The translations under genes and the position numbers were made by a program. A DNA stretch of 43,146 nt from Gemmatimonadota bacterium. Its GTDB lineage: Bacteria > Gemmatimonadota > Gemmatimonadetes > Gemmatimonadales > GWC2-71-9. Under the pieces are notes generated by a model. It saw only the letters and a list, made by a program, of their open reading frames with translations. It searched no databases and was not told where the DNA came from. Location: the NCBI GenBank assembly GCA_003220855.1, contig QHTP01000021.1, positions 1 through 43,146 on the forward strand. Reading direction: 5' to 3'. This document shows, in pieces, positions 29,927 through 39,889 of the stretch. The stretch's first letter is position 1; every line of letters begins with the position of its first letter.

Positions 29927-31579
29927 TTGCGCCTCGCTACGCTCACGTTCTGCGTCACCGTCGTATGCGCTTCCCGCTCAGGGGCCCAAGGCACACGCGT
30001 AGAGATCACGGTATCACGGGCACTCCAGGCCGCGCCGGTCACCGGCCGCATGTACGTCTTCGTGAGCCGCAGCGACGACGTAGAGCCCCGCCTGCAGGTA
30101 CGGCACGAGAGCGACTGCACCCCGTTCTTCGGCGTCGACGTAACGGCGCTCCCGGCCGGTACGCCCGGCGTAATCGACGGCACGACGCTCGGGTACCCGT
30201 TGGCGAGCCTCAGGGAAATCCCCGCGGGGGACTACTACGTGCAGGGCCTGCTCAACGTCTACTCGGAGTTCCACCGGGCCGATGGGCACACCTTGTGGCT
30301 GCACGACGACCAGTGGGAGGGACAGCAGTTCAACCGGTCCCCCGGGAACCTCGTGAGCGAGGTGCGTAAAGTGCACCTCGAACCGGGGCGGCCGGACACC
30401 GTCCGGCTCGAGCTCACCCGCGCGCTGCCGCCGGTCGAGCTCCCGCCGGACACGAAGTGGGTGAAGCACATCAAGATCCGGAGCGAGATGCTCACCGCCT
30501 GGTGGGGACGTCCCATGTATCTGGGGGCCACCGTGCTGCTGCCGCGCGGCTACGAGACCGACACGGCGCGCCGCTACGCCACGGTGTACGAGCAGGGGCA
30601 TTTCAATCTCCGACCGCCGTTCGGATTCTCGTCCGATTCGAGCGTCGAAACGCCCGAGCAGCGGGCGGCCCGGCTGGCGCGCACCGCCCGCGAGCCCGGC
30701 TTCGAGTTCTATCAGGCGTGGCGCTCCCCTGCCTTCCCGCCCCTGATCGCCGTCACGTTCCAGCACCCGACGCCCTACTTCGACGACTCCTACGCCGTGA
30801 ACTCAGCGAACAACGGACCGTACGGCGACGCGATCCTGCGGGAGCTCATTCCCTACGTGGAGGAGCACTTCCGTATGATCCGGGCGCCCTGGGCACGCGT
30901 GCTCACGGGTGGCTCCACCGGCGGGTGGGAGGCGCTCGCCCTGCAGGTCTACCATCCCGACGTTTTCGGCGGAACGTGGGTGCTGTATCCGGACCCGGTC
31001 GACTTCCGGAGTTACGAGATCCCCGACATCTACGGCGACACGAGCGCATTCGTCCATCCCGTCGCCGGATGGATGAGCTACGACGTGCCGGCCGAGCAGG
31101 AGGTCACGGGACAGCCGCGTATCAGCGTGCGGCAGGAGAGCCAGTTCGAGGCGGTGCTCGGCAGCCACGCGCGCTCGGGCGAGCAGTTCGCGATCTGGGA
31201 GGCGACCTACGGTCCCGTCGGCCCCGACGGCTATCCCGCGGAGCTATGGGATCTCGCGACGGGCAAGATCGACCACGGCGTGGCCGAGTACTTCAAGGCG
31301 CACGACTACGACCTGCGCGACTATCTGGAGCGCAACTGGGGCACGCTCGCACCCAAGCTCAAGGGGCAGCTGCACGTGTTCGTGGGGGACATGGACACGT
31401 TCTATTTGAACCTCGCCGTCTATCGCCTCGAGGAGTTCCTCAAGCGGGCGCGTCCCGCAGCCGATGCCCTAGTCGCGTACGGGCGCCCGCTGAAGCCGCA
31501 CGGCTGGCAGCCGTGGACCAACGCGGAGCTGATGCGCATTATGGCCCGGCACATCGAGCGCCAGCGGCCGCGGCACTGA
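29927..31579 (+). CDS. secreted alpha/beta-hydrolase (esterase family, enterochelin-esterase-like fold)
   Basis: TTG start and signal peptide LRLATLTFCVTVVCASRSGAQG. Nucleophile elbow VLTGGSTGGWEAL (GxSxG). 550 aa. Confidence 0.55.
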   Translation: MRLATLTFCVTVVCASRSGAQGTRVEITVSRALQAAPVTGRMYVFVSRSDDVEPRLQVRHESDCTPFFGVDVTALPAGTPGVIDGTTLGYPLASLREIPAGDYYVQGLLNVYSEFHRADGHTLWLHDDQWEGQQFNRSPGNLVSEVRKVHLEPGRPDTVRLELTRALPPVELPPDTKWVKHIKIRSEMLTAWWGRPMYLGATVLLPRGYETDTARRYATVYEQGHFNLRPPFGFSSDSSVETPEQRAARLARTAREPGFEFYQAWRSPAFPPLIAVTFQHPTPYFDDSYAVNSANNGPYGDAILRELIPYVEEHFRMIRAPWARVLTGGSTGGWEALALQVYHPDVFGGTWVLYPDPVDFRSYEIPDIYGDTSAFVHPVAGWMSYDVPAEQEVTGQPRISVRQESQFEAVLGSHARSGEQFAIWEATYGPVGPDGYPAELWDLATGKIDHGVAEYFKAHDYDLRDYLERNWGTLAPKLKGQLHVFVGDMDTFYLNLAVYRLEEFLKRARPAADALVAYGRPLKPHGWQPWTNAELMRIMARHIERQRPRH

Positions 31580-31619
31580 GCCCCCCCGGGTCGTCACGTC
31601 CTCTCGTTGGGAGATCCGC

Positions 31620-33311
31620 TTGCATCGCTGCCGCCTCCTGCTCCTCGCGCTGTGCACGCCGGCCGCCGCCGCGGCCCAGGGCGAGCTGCCGCGCACCCAC
31701 CGGCCCGCGCCGACGGTCCCGGCGATCACGCCCGGCGACTTGATGACTCGGCTGTATGTCCTCGCGGACGATTCGATGCAGGGGCGCGAGGCGGGAACCC
31801 CCGGCAATGCGAAAGCCACTGCCTACATCGCGGCCGAGATCAAGCGGGCGGGCCTCCTGCCGGGGGGAGACGACGGTACGTACTTCCAGACGATCCCGCT
31901 CAAGACGCGCACGTTCGACACGACGTCGACGTTCACGGTCGCGGGAGCTTCCCTGACCGCGTTTACCGACTACCTGGCGCTCGGGCCCCGGCCGCTCGAC
32001 AGCCAGTCGCTCGCGATCGTGTTCGGCGGCGTGGTCGGCGACTCGGCCGGGCTGATCGCGCCGGAGCAGGCGAGCGGCAAGCTGGTCGTGTTGCGGGTGC
32101 ACGGAGGGGGGCTGGGACTGCGCCCGCTGCGGGCCGCGCCGGGCGTGCCGGGCGCGGCGGCGGTCGCGCTCGTCGCCCTCGACAGTCTTCCCGCGCAGGC
32201 CCTCGCGTTCCTGCGGCGGCCGCGCACGGTGCTCGACGACAACCCCGCGGGCCAGGCCGCGCAGCCGCCGGTATTCCTGATCAGCGGCGCCACCGCGGCG
32301 AAGATGTTCACCACGCCCTTGGAGCAGCTCATGCCCGGTGCGGCCGGTACGACGGCGGCCGTCGCCGTGCGGTTCGACATCGTGCCGATCGCGGACCCCG
32401 CGCGCAACGTCGTCGGGATCGTGCCCGGCAGCGATCCGCAACTCAGGGGCGAGTACGTCGCCATCGGGGCGCACAACGATCACATCGGGTTCAGCGGCCG
32501 CGCCGTCGACCACGACTCGATCCGCATCTGGAATCACGTGGTGCGCCCGGAAGGCGCCGACGATGCCGGCAAGCAGGCCACCCCCGAGCAGCAGGCGCGC
32601 GTCGATTCCCTGCTCGCCCGGTTCCGCGCGGGACATCCGGGCGGGAGCCGCGCCGACTCGATCGCCAACGGCGCCGACGACGACGGCTCCGGCTCGGTGG
32701 CGGCGCTCGAGATCGCCGAGCGGATCGCGTCGCTCAAGCGCAAACCGAAGCGATCGATCCTGTTCGTGTGGCACACCGGTGAGGAGAAGGGGCTGCTCGG
32801 TTCGCGCTACTTCACGGATCACCCGACCGTGCCGCGCGACTCGATCGTCGCACAGCTGAACATGGACATGGTCGGCCGGGGCGCCGCGAGCGACGAGACC
32901 GGGCGCACCAAGGACGGAGCGGCGCTGCACGGCGGCCCCCGCTACCTGCAGCTCGTCGGCTCACGTCGCCTCTCGACCGAGCTGGGCGATCTAGTGGAGC
33001 AGGTCAATAGGGCGGGCCGCCACGGCCTCGTGTTCGACTACTCGATCGACGCCGACGGGCATCCGGCGAACATCTACTGCCGCTCGGACCACTACGAGTA
33101 CGCGCGCTACGGCATCCCGATCACGTTCTTCACCACCGGACTGCATTCCGACTACCACCAGGTGACCGACGAGCCCGAATACATCGACTACGAGCACATG
33201 GCGCGGGTCGCCAGCCTGGTCGAAGACGTCGCGGTGCGCGTCGCCGATCTGGATCACCGCGTGGTGGTGGATCACCCGAAGCCCGATCGTAACGCACCGT
33301 GCCGGCAGTAG
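31620..33311 (+). CDS. M28-family metallo-aminopeptidase with PA (protease-associated) insert
   Basis: Signal peptide. Zn ligand blocks GAHNDHIG, NGADDDGSGSVAALEIAE, WHTGEEKGLLGS, NMDMVG, RSDHYEYARYGIP. TTG start 6 nt after GGGAGA. Confidence 0.85.
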   Translation: MHRCRLLLLALCTPAAAAAQGELPRTHRPAPTVPAITPGDLMTRLYVLADDSMQGREAGTPGNAKATAYIAAEIKRAGLLPGGDDGTYFQTIPLKTRTFDTTSTFTVAGASLTAFTDYLALGPRPLDSQSLAIVFGGVVGDSAGLIAPEQASGKLVVLRVHGGGLGLRPLRAAPGVPGAAAVALVALDSLPAQALAFLRRPRTVLDDNPAGQAAQPPVFLISGATAAKMFTTPLEQLMPGAAGTTAAVAVRFDIVPIADPARNVVGIVPGSDPQLRGEYVAIGAHNDHIGFSGRAVDHDSIRIWNHVVRPEGADDAGKQATPEQQARVDSLLARFRAGHPGGSRADSIANGADDDGSGSVAALEIAERIASLKRKPKRSILFVWHTGEEKGLLGSRYFTDHPTVPRDSIVAQLNMDMVGRGAASDETGRTKDGAALHGGPRYLQLVGSRRLSTELGDLVEQVNRAGRHGLVFDYSIDADGHPANIYCRSDHYEYARYGIPITFFTTGLHSDYHQVTDEPEYIDYEHMARVASLVEDVAVRVADLDHRVVVDHPKPDRNAPCRQ

Positions 33312-33479
33312 CCGTCGGCCCGCCGAGCCAGGTGATGCGATGGAGCAGCAGCCGCTTGCATAGATGCTGCGCCGGCGCAACGTCGCGCTGCGCATCGACA
33401 CCGTATTCGCTTGGGGGGCATCGTGTTGCGGACGCCGTCGCGGCGTGCGCGGGACTTGCAGCGGCATCGCCACGCATCC

Positions 33480-34091
33480 ATGACCCACGACACGAGAGAG
33501 TGGCTCTGTTTCGGCCGGGCATGTTGCAGGGCTCACGCACCGCTGCGCGTGGGGGTCACGGGATTGTTGCGACTCGCGCGGGCGGCCTTCCCGCGTCACG
33601 TGCTGCGGCAGCGGTGGATCCGCTATCGGATCGACCTCGCTGACACCCCCCCTGCGCCTCCACACGTGCGCCTGACGCGCGTGACCGACCCGATCATCGG
33701 TGCGCTGCGCCAGCGTCCCGACCGAGCGGAGACCAACTTCAAGTCGGGATTGCGGCTCTGGGATGAGGGGCTGCGGCGCGCGTACATCTGGATCGGCCCG
33801 GACGGCCCGCAGTGCATCCAGTGGCTCCTCCTGCCGGAGCACAATCGTCAGCTGCGGCAGTTGAGCGAGTGGGCGGGACTATATCCGCCGCTGTCGCGCG
33901 GCACGGGGCAGGTGGACAACCTGTTCGCGTTCTCGGCGGCGCGGCTTTCCAGCGTCACCACGGAGTTCGCGTACGCGCTCTACGACGAGGCGCGGCGGGC
34001 CGGGTTGCAGCTGCTCGTCACCCATATCCACGAGAGCGACCGGGCGGCGCGTGCTTGGGCGGAGGCGCGACCTCGCCCGGCAGCCAGCCTA
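33480..34091 (+). pseudogene. GNAT-like acetyltransferase ORF lacking an in-frame stop (3'-truncated or fused into the tolC antisense)
   Basis: High GC3 and plausible protein sequence up to about 34070 (...QVDNLFAFSAARLSSVTTEFAYALYDEARRAGLQLLVTHIHESDRAARAWAEA...). The frame then continues for about 430 more codons antisense to tolC, to 35369, with no stop. Confidence 0.35.
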
Positions 34092-35348
34092 GCGGAACAG
34101 CCGGCGTCCGAGGATCGCTTCGAGACCGGCGAGGGCGAGTCGCGTGGCGTAGCGCGTCTGGACGACGTCCGATCCCGCCTGTGTCAACTGTACTTGCGCG
34201 TCCACCAGCTCGAGGATCGTTGCCGCCCCCGCGCGGTAGCGCCGGTCCTGCACGCGGAAATTCTCGGCGGCGGTCGCGAGGGCGCGGATCGACAGGGCGT
34301 AATTGTCGCGCGCCGTGGTGTAGGTCTCGTACGCCTCGGTGACATCGCGTCGCGCGGCGCGCTCGCCGTCTTCCCGGGCTGCGCGCGCCACGTCGCGGTT
34401 CACGCGCGCCTCGCTGATCGCGATCTCCCGCGCGCCGCCGGTCCAGATCGGCATGCTCACGCGGAACGTGACGAGCGACAGGCTTCGCGCCTCGGGAAAG
34501 AAATGGGTGTCGAAGTGCTCGTTCTCTCCGAAGAGCGTCAGCTCGGGGAGATATGTGCCGCGGACACCGGCGAGCAGCGCGGACGCGGCGCGCTCGTTGG
34601 CGCGGGCGATGCGGAACTGCGGCCCCTCGTGCAGAGCGAGGCGCACGCCTTCCTCGAGCGAGATCGGCAGCGCCGGCGCCGGGAGCGTGTCGAGCGGTTG
34701 AGCGGCCACCGGTCCCGACGCGCCCACCCGCCGGCCCAGCTGGAGCCGGGCCACGGCGAGCGACACCGCCTGGCGGGCGGAGTCGATCTCGGCGCGCGTC
34801 TCTTCCAACGCCACCTGGAGCGAGTCCGTCTGGACGGCCACGCCCTGGGTGACGCGGGCGCGCGCCACCGCCAGCTGCTCCCGCGCCCGGTTCAGCCGCT
34901 CCGTGGCGACCCGCAACAGCTCCTGGTTCGCCAGGACGTCGTAGTAGTCCGCCTCCGTCGCCATGGCGGTCTGGAAGCGCTGCGCCAGCTCCCCGGCCGC
35001 CGCGGCCTCGTGCCCGGCGTCGGTCACCGCGAGATCGGCGATCTTTCGCACGGAGAGGACCTCGTAGCTCGCCGCGACATGGGTCGTCACCGCGCTGATC
35101 CCCGGCTGACCCGTGCCCGCGTTGAAGAACGGGGACGAGTACTTCGTGGCGTCCACCCCCACTTCGAGAGACGGCACAATGAAGGCGAGCCGGGCCGCGC
35201 GCCGCGCCCAGGCGGCGTTGTCCACCTGTCCCAGCGCGCCGACGTATGCCGGATCGAGCCGGGCGGCGCGCGCGATCGCCTCGCCCAGGGAGACGCTCGG
35301 CAGCGTGTCGACCGCCAGTGGCAGGGCGATCGCCAGCACGCCCAACAT
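34089..35348 (-). CDS. TolC-family outer-membrane efflux protein
   Basis: Two repeated OEP halves (e.g. ...ADYYDVLANQELLRVATERLNRAREQLAVARARV... and ...EAYETYTTARDNYALSIRALATAAENFRVQDRRYRAGAATILELVDAQ...). ATG 35348 overlaps the adaptor stop by 1 nt (TGATG). Confidence 0.85.
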   Translation of the reverse strand: MLGVLAIALPLAVDTLPSVSLGEAIARAARLDPAYVGALGQVDNAAWARRAARLAFIVPSLEVGVDATKYSSPFFNAGTGQPGISAVTTHVAASYEVLSVRKIADLAVTDAGHEAAAAGELAQRFQTAMATEADYYDVLANQELLRVATERLNRAREQLAVARARVTQGVAVQTDSLQVALEETRAEIDSARQAVSLAVARLQLGRRVGASGPVAAQPLDTLPAPALPISLEEGVRLALHEGPQFRIARANERAASALLAGVRGTYLPELTLFGENEHFDTHFFPEARSLSLVTFRVSMPIWTGGAREIAISEARVNRDVARAAREDGERAARRDVTEAYETYTTARDNYALSIRALATAAENFRVQDRRYRAGAATILELVDAQVQLTQAGSDVVQTRYATRLALAGLEAILGRRLFR

Positions 35349-36466
35349 CAGTGCGGCTCCACCGGCTGAACCCGCGCGCCCTCGGCAACGCTCTCCCCCA
35401 GGTTCAGGGCGACGCGCTCGCCCGGCACGACGCCGCCGGCGATCTCCGCGCTCTGGCCGTCGTCGCGGGCCACGACCACGCGCCGGAACGCGACGCGGTC
35501 GGCCGAATCGACCACGGCGACGAGGGTGGTGTCGCCGCGCACGATCAGTGCGCCCGCCGGCAGCTCCGGGTAGCCCCGCCCCTTGGCGGCGAGCTTCACC
35601 GTCACGTAGCTCCCGGGGAAAATGCCGCCGCCCCGGTTCTCGAGGTCCACCTCGGCGAGCAGCGTGCGCGTGCGCGGGTCGAGCAACCCGCTGACCCGCG
35701 TCACCCGCGAAACGAGCCGGACCTCCGGCCGGTCGGGGACGGTGATCTCCGCGGGCGTGCCGACGCCCACGAGGGGGGCATCCTGCTGGTCCACGTAGGC
35801 GTACACCCGCAGCCGGCCCGTCTCCGACACCGTGAGGACCGGGAGCGCCCCCGTCTGCGCGTTGGTCGCGTTCTGCATCAGCGCCCCGGGATCGGCGTAG
35901 CGGGCGGTGACGCGTCCGGTGAACGGCGCCCGGAGGACCTCGTACGACTTGAGGGTCTCGATGGCTTTGAGGTTGGCCTCGGCGACGGCCGCGTCGGTCT
36001 CGTAACGCTCCGCCTCCTGCGTCGAGCTGGCGTTCTGTTTCGCGAGGGCGCGGAACCGGTCGGCGTTGACCCGTTTGTTGCGCGCGTCGGCGAGCGCCGC
36101 CTCGTATTGCTGATCCAGCTCGGGCGACTCGATCACCGCGAGCTCCTGGCCCGCCGCCACGTCGTCGCCCTTGTCGACCAGGATCTGCCGCAAGTAGCCG
36201 CTCACTTTGGCGTACAGCGTGACGGCCGCGTAGGGCCGCGCCTCGCCCAGGAGCGTGAGGGTCTGCACACCCTGCGGCGCCGTCACGCGCGCCACGCGCA
36301 CGTGGGGCCCCGCCGCCACGTCGGCGGCGCGCGCCCGCCCCTCCGCGCGCACCAGGCTCACCTTGCGGGCGAGCAGCCCGGCGACGATGGCGACCGACGC
36401 CACCATCGACACCACGCCCCCGACGAACAGCCGCCGGCCGGATCGCGACTGACGCAATTCGGTCAT
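35348..36466 (-). CDS. RND efflux periplasmic adaptor (membrane fusion protein)
   Basis: N-terminal TM, then LYAKVSGYLRQILVDKGDDVAAGQELAVIESPELDQQYEAA...LRAPFTGRVTARYADPGALM (lipoyl/hairpin/beta-barrel pattern). ATGA overlap with the pump gene stop. ATG 36466 chosen. Confidence 0.85.
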   Translation of the reverse strand: MTELRQSRSGRRLFVGGVVSMVASVAIVAGLLARKVSLVRAEGRARAADVAAGPHVRVARVTAPQGVQTLTLLGEARPYAAVTLYAKVSGYLRQILVDKGDDVAAGQELAVIESPELDQQYEAALADARNKRVNADRFRALAKQNASSTQEAERYETDAAVAEANLKAIETLKSYEVLRAPFTGRVTARYADPGALMQNATNAQTGALPVLTVSETGRLRVYAYVDQQDAPLVGVGTPAEITVPDRPEVRLVSRVTRVSGLLDPRTRTLLAEVDLENRGGGIFPGSYVTVKLAAKGRGYPELPAGALIVRGDTTLVAVVDSADRVAFRRVVVARDDGQSAEIAGGVVPGERVALNLGESVAEGARVQPVEPH

Positions 36467-39400
36467 CACGCTTCCCCTCTCTCTTCCGCCAGGAACCGCT
36501 CGTCCAGCAGGTGGCTGGTCGGCGGCTCGGTACGGATCAAGGAATACACGACAGGGACCACGAACAGCGTGGCCGCGGTCGCGAGCAGCAGCCCCCCGAT
36601 GACCGCGCGACCGAGTGGCGCGTTCTGCTCGCCCCCCTCGCCCAGCCCCACGGCCATCGGGACCATCCCGATGACCATCGCCAGCGCCGTCATCAGCACA
36701 GGGCGCAGCCGGGTCTTCCCCGCTTCGAGCGCGGCGCCGAGGGCGTCGCCCGCCGTCTCCACCCGCCGGTCGTTGGCGAAGCTCACGAGGAGGATCGAGT
36801 TGGACACCGCGATGCCCACCGCCATGATCGAGCCCATCAGCGATTCGACGTTCAGCGTCGTGCCGGTGAGGGCGAGCATCCAGAGGATGCCCACCAACGC
36901 GCCCGGCACGGCGGCCATGATGATGAACGGATCGAGCCAAGACTGAAACAACACCACCATCAAGCAGTACACCAGCACGATCGCCAGAATCAGGCCCATT
37001 CCCAGGCTCCGGAACGACGCCGTCATCACCTCGCCCTGCCCGCGCACCGTGATGCGCATGCCGGGCGGCAGCGGACCGAGCGCGGCGATGCGCGAGCGGA
37101 TGTCGCGCACCACGCCACCGAGGTCCCGACCCTCCACCCCCGCCTCGACGTCGAGCACCCGCTGCACCGTATAGTGGCTCACCACACCGGGAGCCGCGCC
37201 GGGCGACACGCTGGCCACGTTGCCCAGCATCACCGCGGGCGCTTCGGGCTGCTCGGCCAGGGCTGGCGCGCCGCTCGGATCCGCCGGCCGGCCCGATGCC
37301 GGCGTGAGCGGCGTGGCGAGCAGACTCGGCACCGATGCCAGGCGGGCGATCGGCGTCTGCACCGCCACGGCATAGTTCACGTTGTTCGCCGGGTTCAAGA
37401 AGAACGACGGCGCGATCAGCCCGCTCGACGAGAGGGAGATGAGCATGCTGTTCGCCACGTCCCGTTGGGTCAGCCCCAACTGCGCGGCGCGCACCCGATC
37501 CACGTTCACCTTGAGCGCGGGATAGTCGAGCACCTGCGCCACGTGTACATCCACGGCGCCCGGCACCGTGCGGATGGCGTCACGCAGCCGCCGGGCGACT
37601 TCATAGGAGCGCGCCAGGTTGGCCCCTTCGATTTGCACGTCCACCGGCGCCGACACGCCGAAGTTCAGCACCTGGCTCACGATGTCCGCCGGCTGGAAGT
37701 AGAAGCTCGAGCCCGGGAACTCCGCCGGCAGCGCCGCCCGCAACGCCCGCATGTAGCGCTCCGTCGGTCGATGCCCCGGCTTGAGCGCGATCAGCAGTTC
37801 CGCGTCCATGGCCCCGATGTTGTCGGTGGGCACGAACGCCAGGTTGTAGAACAGCGGCACCCCGATCATGTCATTCACGGTCTCGAGCTCGTCCGCGGGG
37901 ATCGTCTCGCGGATGCGGCGTTCCACCTGCGCCACCAGCCGCTCGGTCTCCTCGATGCGGGTGCCGGCAGGGGCCCGGAAGTGCAACTTCATGAGCCCCG
38001 CGTCGACCGCGGGGAAGAAGTCCGTCCCCACCACCGTGAGCAGCGCGGCCCCGCTCAGCGCCAGCACCAATGCCAGGACCAGCGTAAAGCGGCGGTGGGC
38101 CAGCACGGTCTCGAGCGCACGGCCGTACCCGGCCTGGAACCGATCCCACAGCTCGTCCCGTTTGCGCTGCAACACCGAGGGCGTTGCCGCCGCGTGCTCT
38201 TCGCCCGGCATCAGCAGCCGGGCCAGGAGCGGCACCAGCGTCCGCGACAACACGTAGGACGCGAGCATCGCGAACACCACGGCGAGCGCGAGCGGCGTGA
38301 ACAGGTACTTGGCCGGCCCGTACAAGAGCGCCACCGGGAAGAACACGATGCAGATCGCCAGGGTGGCCACGATCGCGGGCACGGCCACCTGCCGGGCTCC
38401 ATCCAGCACGGCGACCGTGAGCGGCTTTCCCAGGGCGCGGTTGCGATGGATGTTCTCGATCGCCACGGTGGCGTCGTCCACCAGCATTCCGATCGCGAGT
38501 GCCAGTCCGCCCAACGTCATGATGTTGATCGTCTGGTTCGTGAACTTGAGTCCCAGGAACGCCGTGAAGATGGCGAGCGGGATCGACGTCGACACGATGA
38601 CCACGCTGCGCCAGCTGCCGAGGAACGCGAAGATCATCAGCGAGACCAGCACCGACGCGAGGATCGCCTCGCGCACCACGCCGGAGATCGCGGCCCGCAC
38701 GAACAGCGACTGATCGAAGTCGATCTTCAGGTCGAGCCCCTCCGGGGCCACCGCCTGAATCGCGGGGATCGCCCGGCGGGTGGCTTCGACCACCGCGAGC
38801 GTCGACGCGTCGGCGTGCTTCAGGATGGCGAGATACGTGGCGCGCTTGCCGTTCACGCGCACGATGTTGGATTGCGGCGCGTAGCTGTCGGACACGCGGG
38901 CCACGTCTCCCAACAGCACGGGCGCCCCGTTCACCACCTTGAGCGGAATCCGCTCGAACTCGGCCACCGCCGACGGGCTCGAGTTCAACGCCACGTTGTA
39001 TTCCGTCGAGCCGACGCGCGCCGTACCGGCGGGGACGATGACGTTCGACACCTGCAGCGCGCCGACCACGTCGGCCGGCGACAGCCCCTTCCCCGCCAGG
39101 GCCTGCGGGTCGATGTCGATCGAGACCTGACGCTGCCGGCCGCCGAACGGCGCCGGCGTCGACAGCCCCGGAATCGTGAACAGCCGCACCCGGATGAAGT
39201 TCAGCCCATAGTCGAAGATGCGGTCCTCGGGGAGCGTCGCGCTCGAGGCCGTGAGCTGGGCCACCGGTACGTTGGAGGCGTTGAACTGCACCAGCGTGGG
39301 CGGCTGCATCCCCGGCGGCGCGATGCGCAGGATGGTGCTCGAAAGCGCCCCGATCTGCGCGATGGCGCCGCCGATGTCCGTCCCGGGCTGGAAGTAGATC

Positions 39401-39678
39401 TTCAGCAGCCCGATCCCGGGGATCGACTGGGACTCGATGCGCTCGATCCCGTTGACCGTGGTCGAGAAGCCGCGCTCGCTGATGATCACCACGCGCCGCT
39501 CCATCTCCTCGGCCGAGAGCCCCGGATAGTTCCACACGACGGCGACCACCGGAATGTCGATGGCGGGGAAGATGTCCACGATCATGCGCGTGAGCGACAA
39601 CGTGCCCAGGACGAGAATGAGCAGCGCCATGACGGCAATGGTGTAAGGTCGGCGCAGCGCCAACCGGACGATCCACAT
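36466..39678 (-). CDS. AcrB/AcrD/AcrF-family RND efflux permease
   Basis: MWIVRLALRRPYTIAVMALLILVLGTLSLTRMIVDIFPAIDIPVVAVVWNYPGLSAEEME... 1070 aa with two 6-TM halves. AAGGAG lies 6 nt before ATG 39678; 41 track codons upstream were discarded. Confidence 0.9.
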   Translation of the reverse strand: MWIVRLALRRPYTIAVMALLILVLGTLSLTRMIVDIFPAIDIPVVAVVWNYPGLSAEEMERRVVIISERGFSTTVNGIERIESQSIPGIGLLKIYFQPGTDIGGAIAQIGALSSTILRIAPPGMQPPTLVQFNASNVPVAQLTASSATLPEDRIFDYGLNFIRVRLFTIPGLSTPAPFGGRQRQVSIDIDPQALAGKGLSPADVVGALQVSNVIVPAGTARVGSTEYNVALNSSPSAVAEFERIPLKVVNGAPVLLGDVARVSDSYAPQSNIVRVNGKRATYLAILKHADASTLAVVEATRRAIPAIQAVAPEGLDLKIDFDQSLFVRAAISGVVREAILASVLVSLMIFAFLGSWRSVVIVSTSIPLAIFTAFLGLKFTNQTINIMTLGGLALAIGMLVDDATVAIENIHRNRALGKPLTVAVLDGARQVAVPAIVATLAICIVFFPVALLYGPAKYLFTPLALAVVFAMLASYVLSRTLVPLLARLLMPGEEHAAATPSVLQRKRDELWDRFQAGYGRALETVLAHRRFTLVLALVLALSGAALLTVVGTDFFPAVDAGLMKLHFRAPAGTRIEETERLVAQVERRIRETIPADELETVNDMIGVPLFYNLAFVPTDNIGAMDAELLIALKPGHRPTERYMRALRAALPAEFPGSSFYFQPADIVSQVLNFGVSAPVDVQIEGANLARSYEVARRLRDAIRTVPGAVDVHVAQVLDYPALKVNVDRVRAAQLGLTQRDVANSMLISLSSSGLIAPSFFLNPANNVNYAVAVQTPIARLASVPSLLATPLTPASGRPADPSGAPALAEQPEAPAVMLGNVASVSPGAAPGVVSHYTVQRVLDVEAGVEGRDLGGVVRDIRSRIAALGPLPPGMRITVRGQGEVMTASFRSLGMGLILAIVLVYCLMVVLFQSWLDPFIIMAAVPGALVGILWMLALTGTTLNVESLMGSIMAVGIAVSNSILLVSFANDRRVETAGDALGAALEAGKTRLRPVLMTALAMVIGMVPMAVGLGEGGEQNAPLGRAVIGGLLLATAATLFVVPVVYSLIRTEPPTSHLLDERFLAEERGEA

Positions 39679-39827
39679 GCGACGCTCCTTCGGGCTGATC
39701 GGCGAACGACAGGGCGGTTTCGAACAACGCACCGCGCTGCACCCAAGTTCCGCGGGAAAACTACCCCGTTTCGCAGACGCCTGGCGTGGCGCGAGGGCCA
39801 CGGCCGCCTTGCAACACCATGCCCCGC

Positions 39828-39852
39828 TGGCGCCGGCGAGCCTTCGGCGCCA
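39828..39852. repeat. 7-bp inverted repeat in the divergent region between the RND operon and the BNR gene
   Basis: TGGCGCC (39828-39834) - 11 nt - GGCGCCA (39846-39852). This could be an operator or an RNA hairpin. Confidence 0.3.
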
Positions 39853-39889
39853 TGCTATCCCTCCCCCGCGCTCGAGGGTTCAGTCACGC

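Noticed and set aside
31539-32930. 463-aa minus ORF and 391-aa plus ORF overlapping the M28 peptidase gene
   Set aside because: Off-frame or antisense shadows. The Zn-ligand blocks are only in frame 31620-33311.
33368-33379. 12-nt perfect palindrome TGCGCCGGCGCA downstream of the M28 gene
   Set aside because: GC-rich palindromes of this length are expected by chance at 70% GC. There is no second copy or associated regulator.
33411-35369. 652-aa plus-strand ORF taken at face value as one protein
   Set aside because: Only the first ~220 codons look protein-like (GNAT-like). The remaining ~430 codons are antisense to the well-supported tolC gene. I treat it as a truncated or stop-less remnant, not a 652-aa protein.
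39716-39725. GGTTTCGAAC, a T-loop-like motif that might flag a tRNA
   Set aside because: No acceptor, D or anticodon stems can be folded around it. The same holds for TTCGAA at 12428-12433. I found no tRNA or rRNA in the window.
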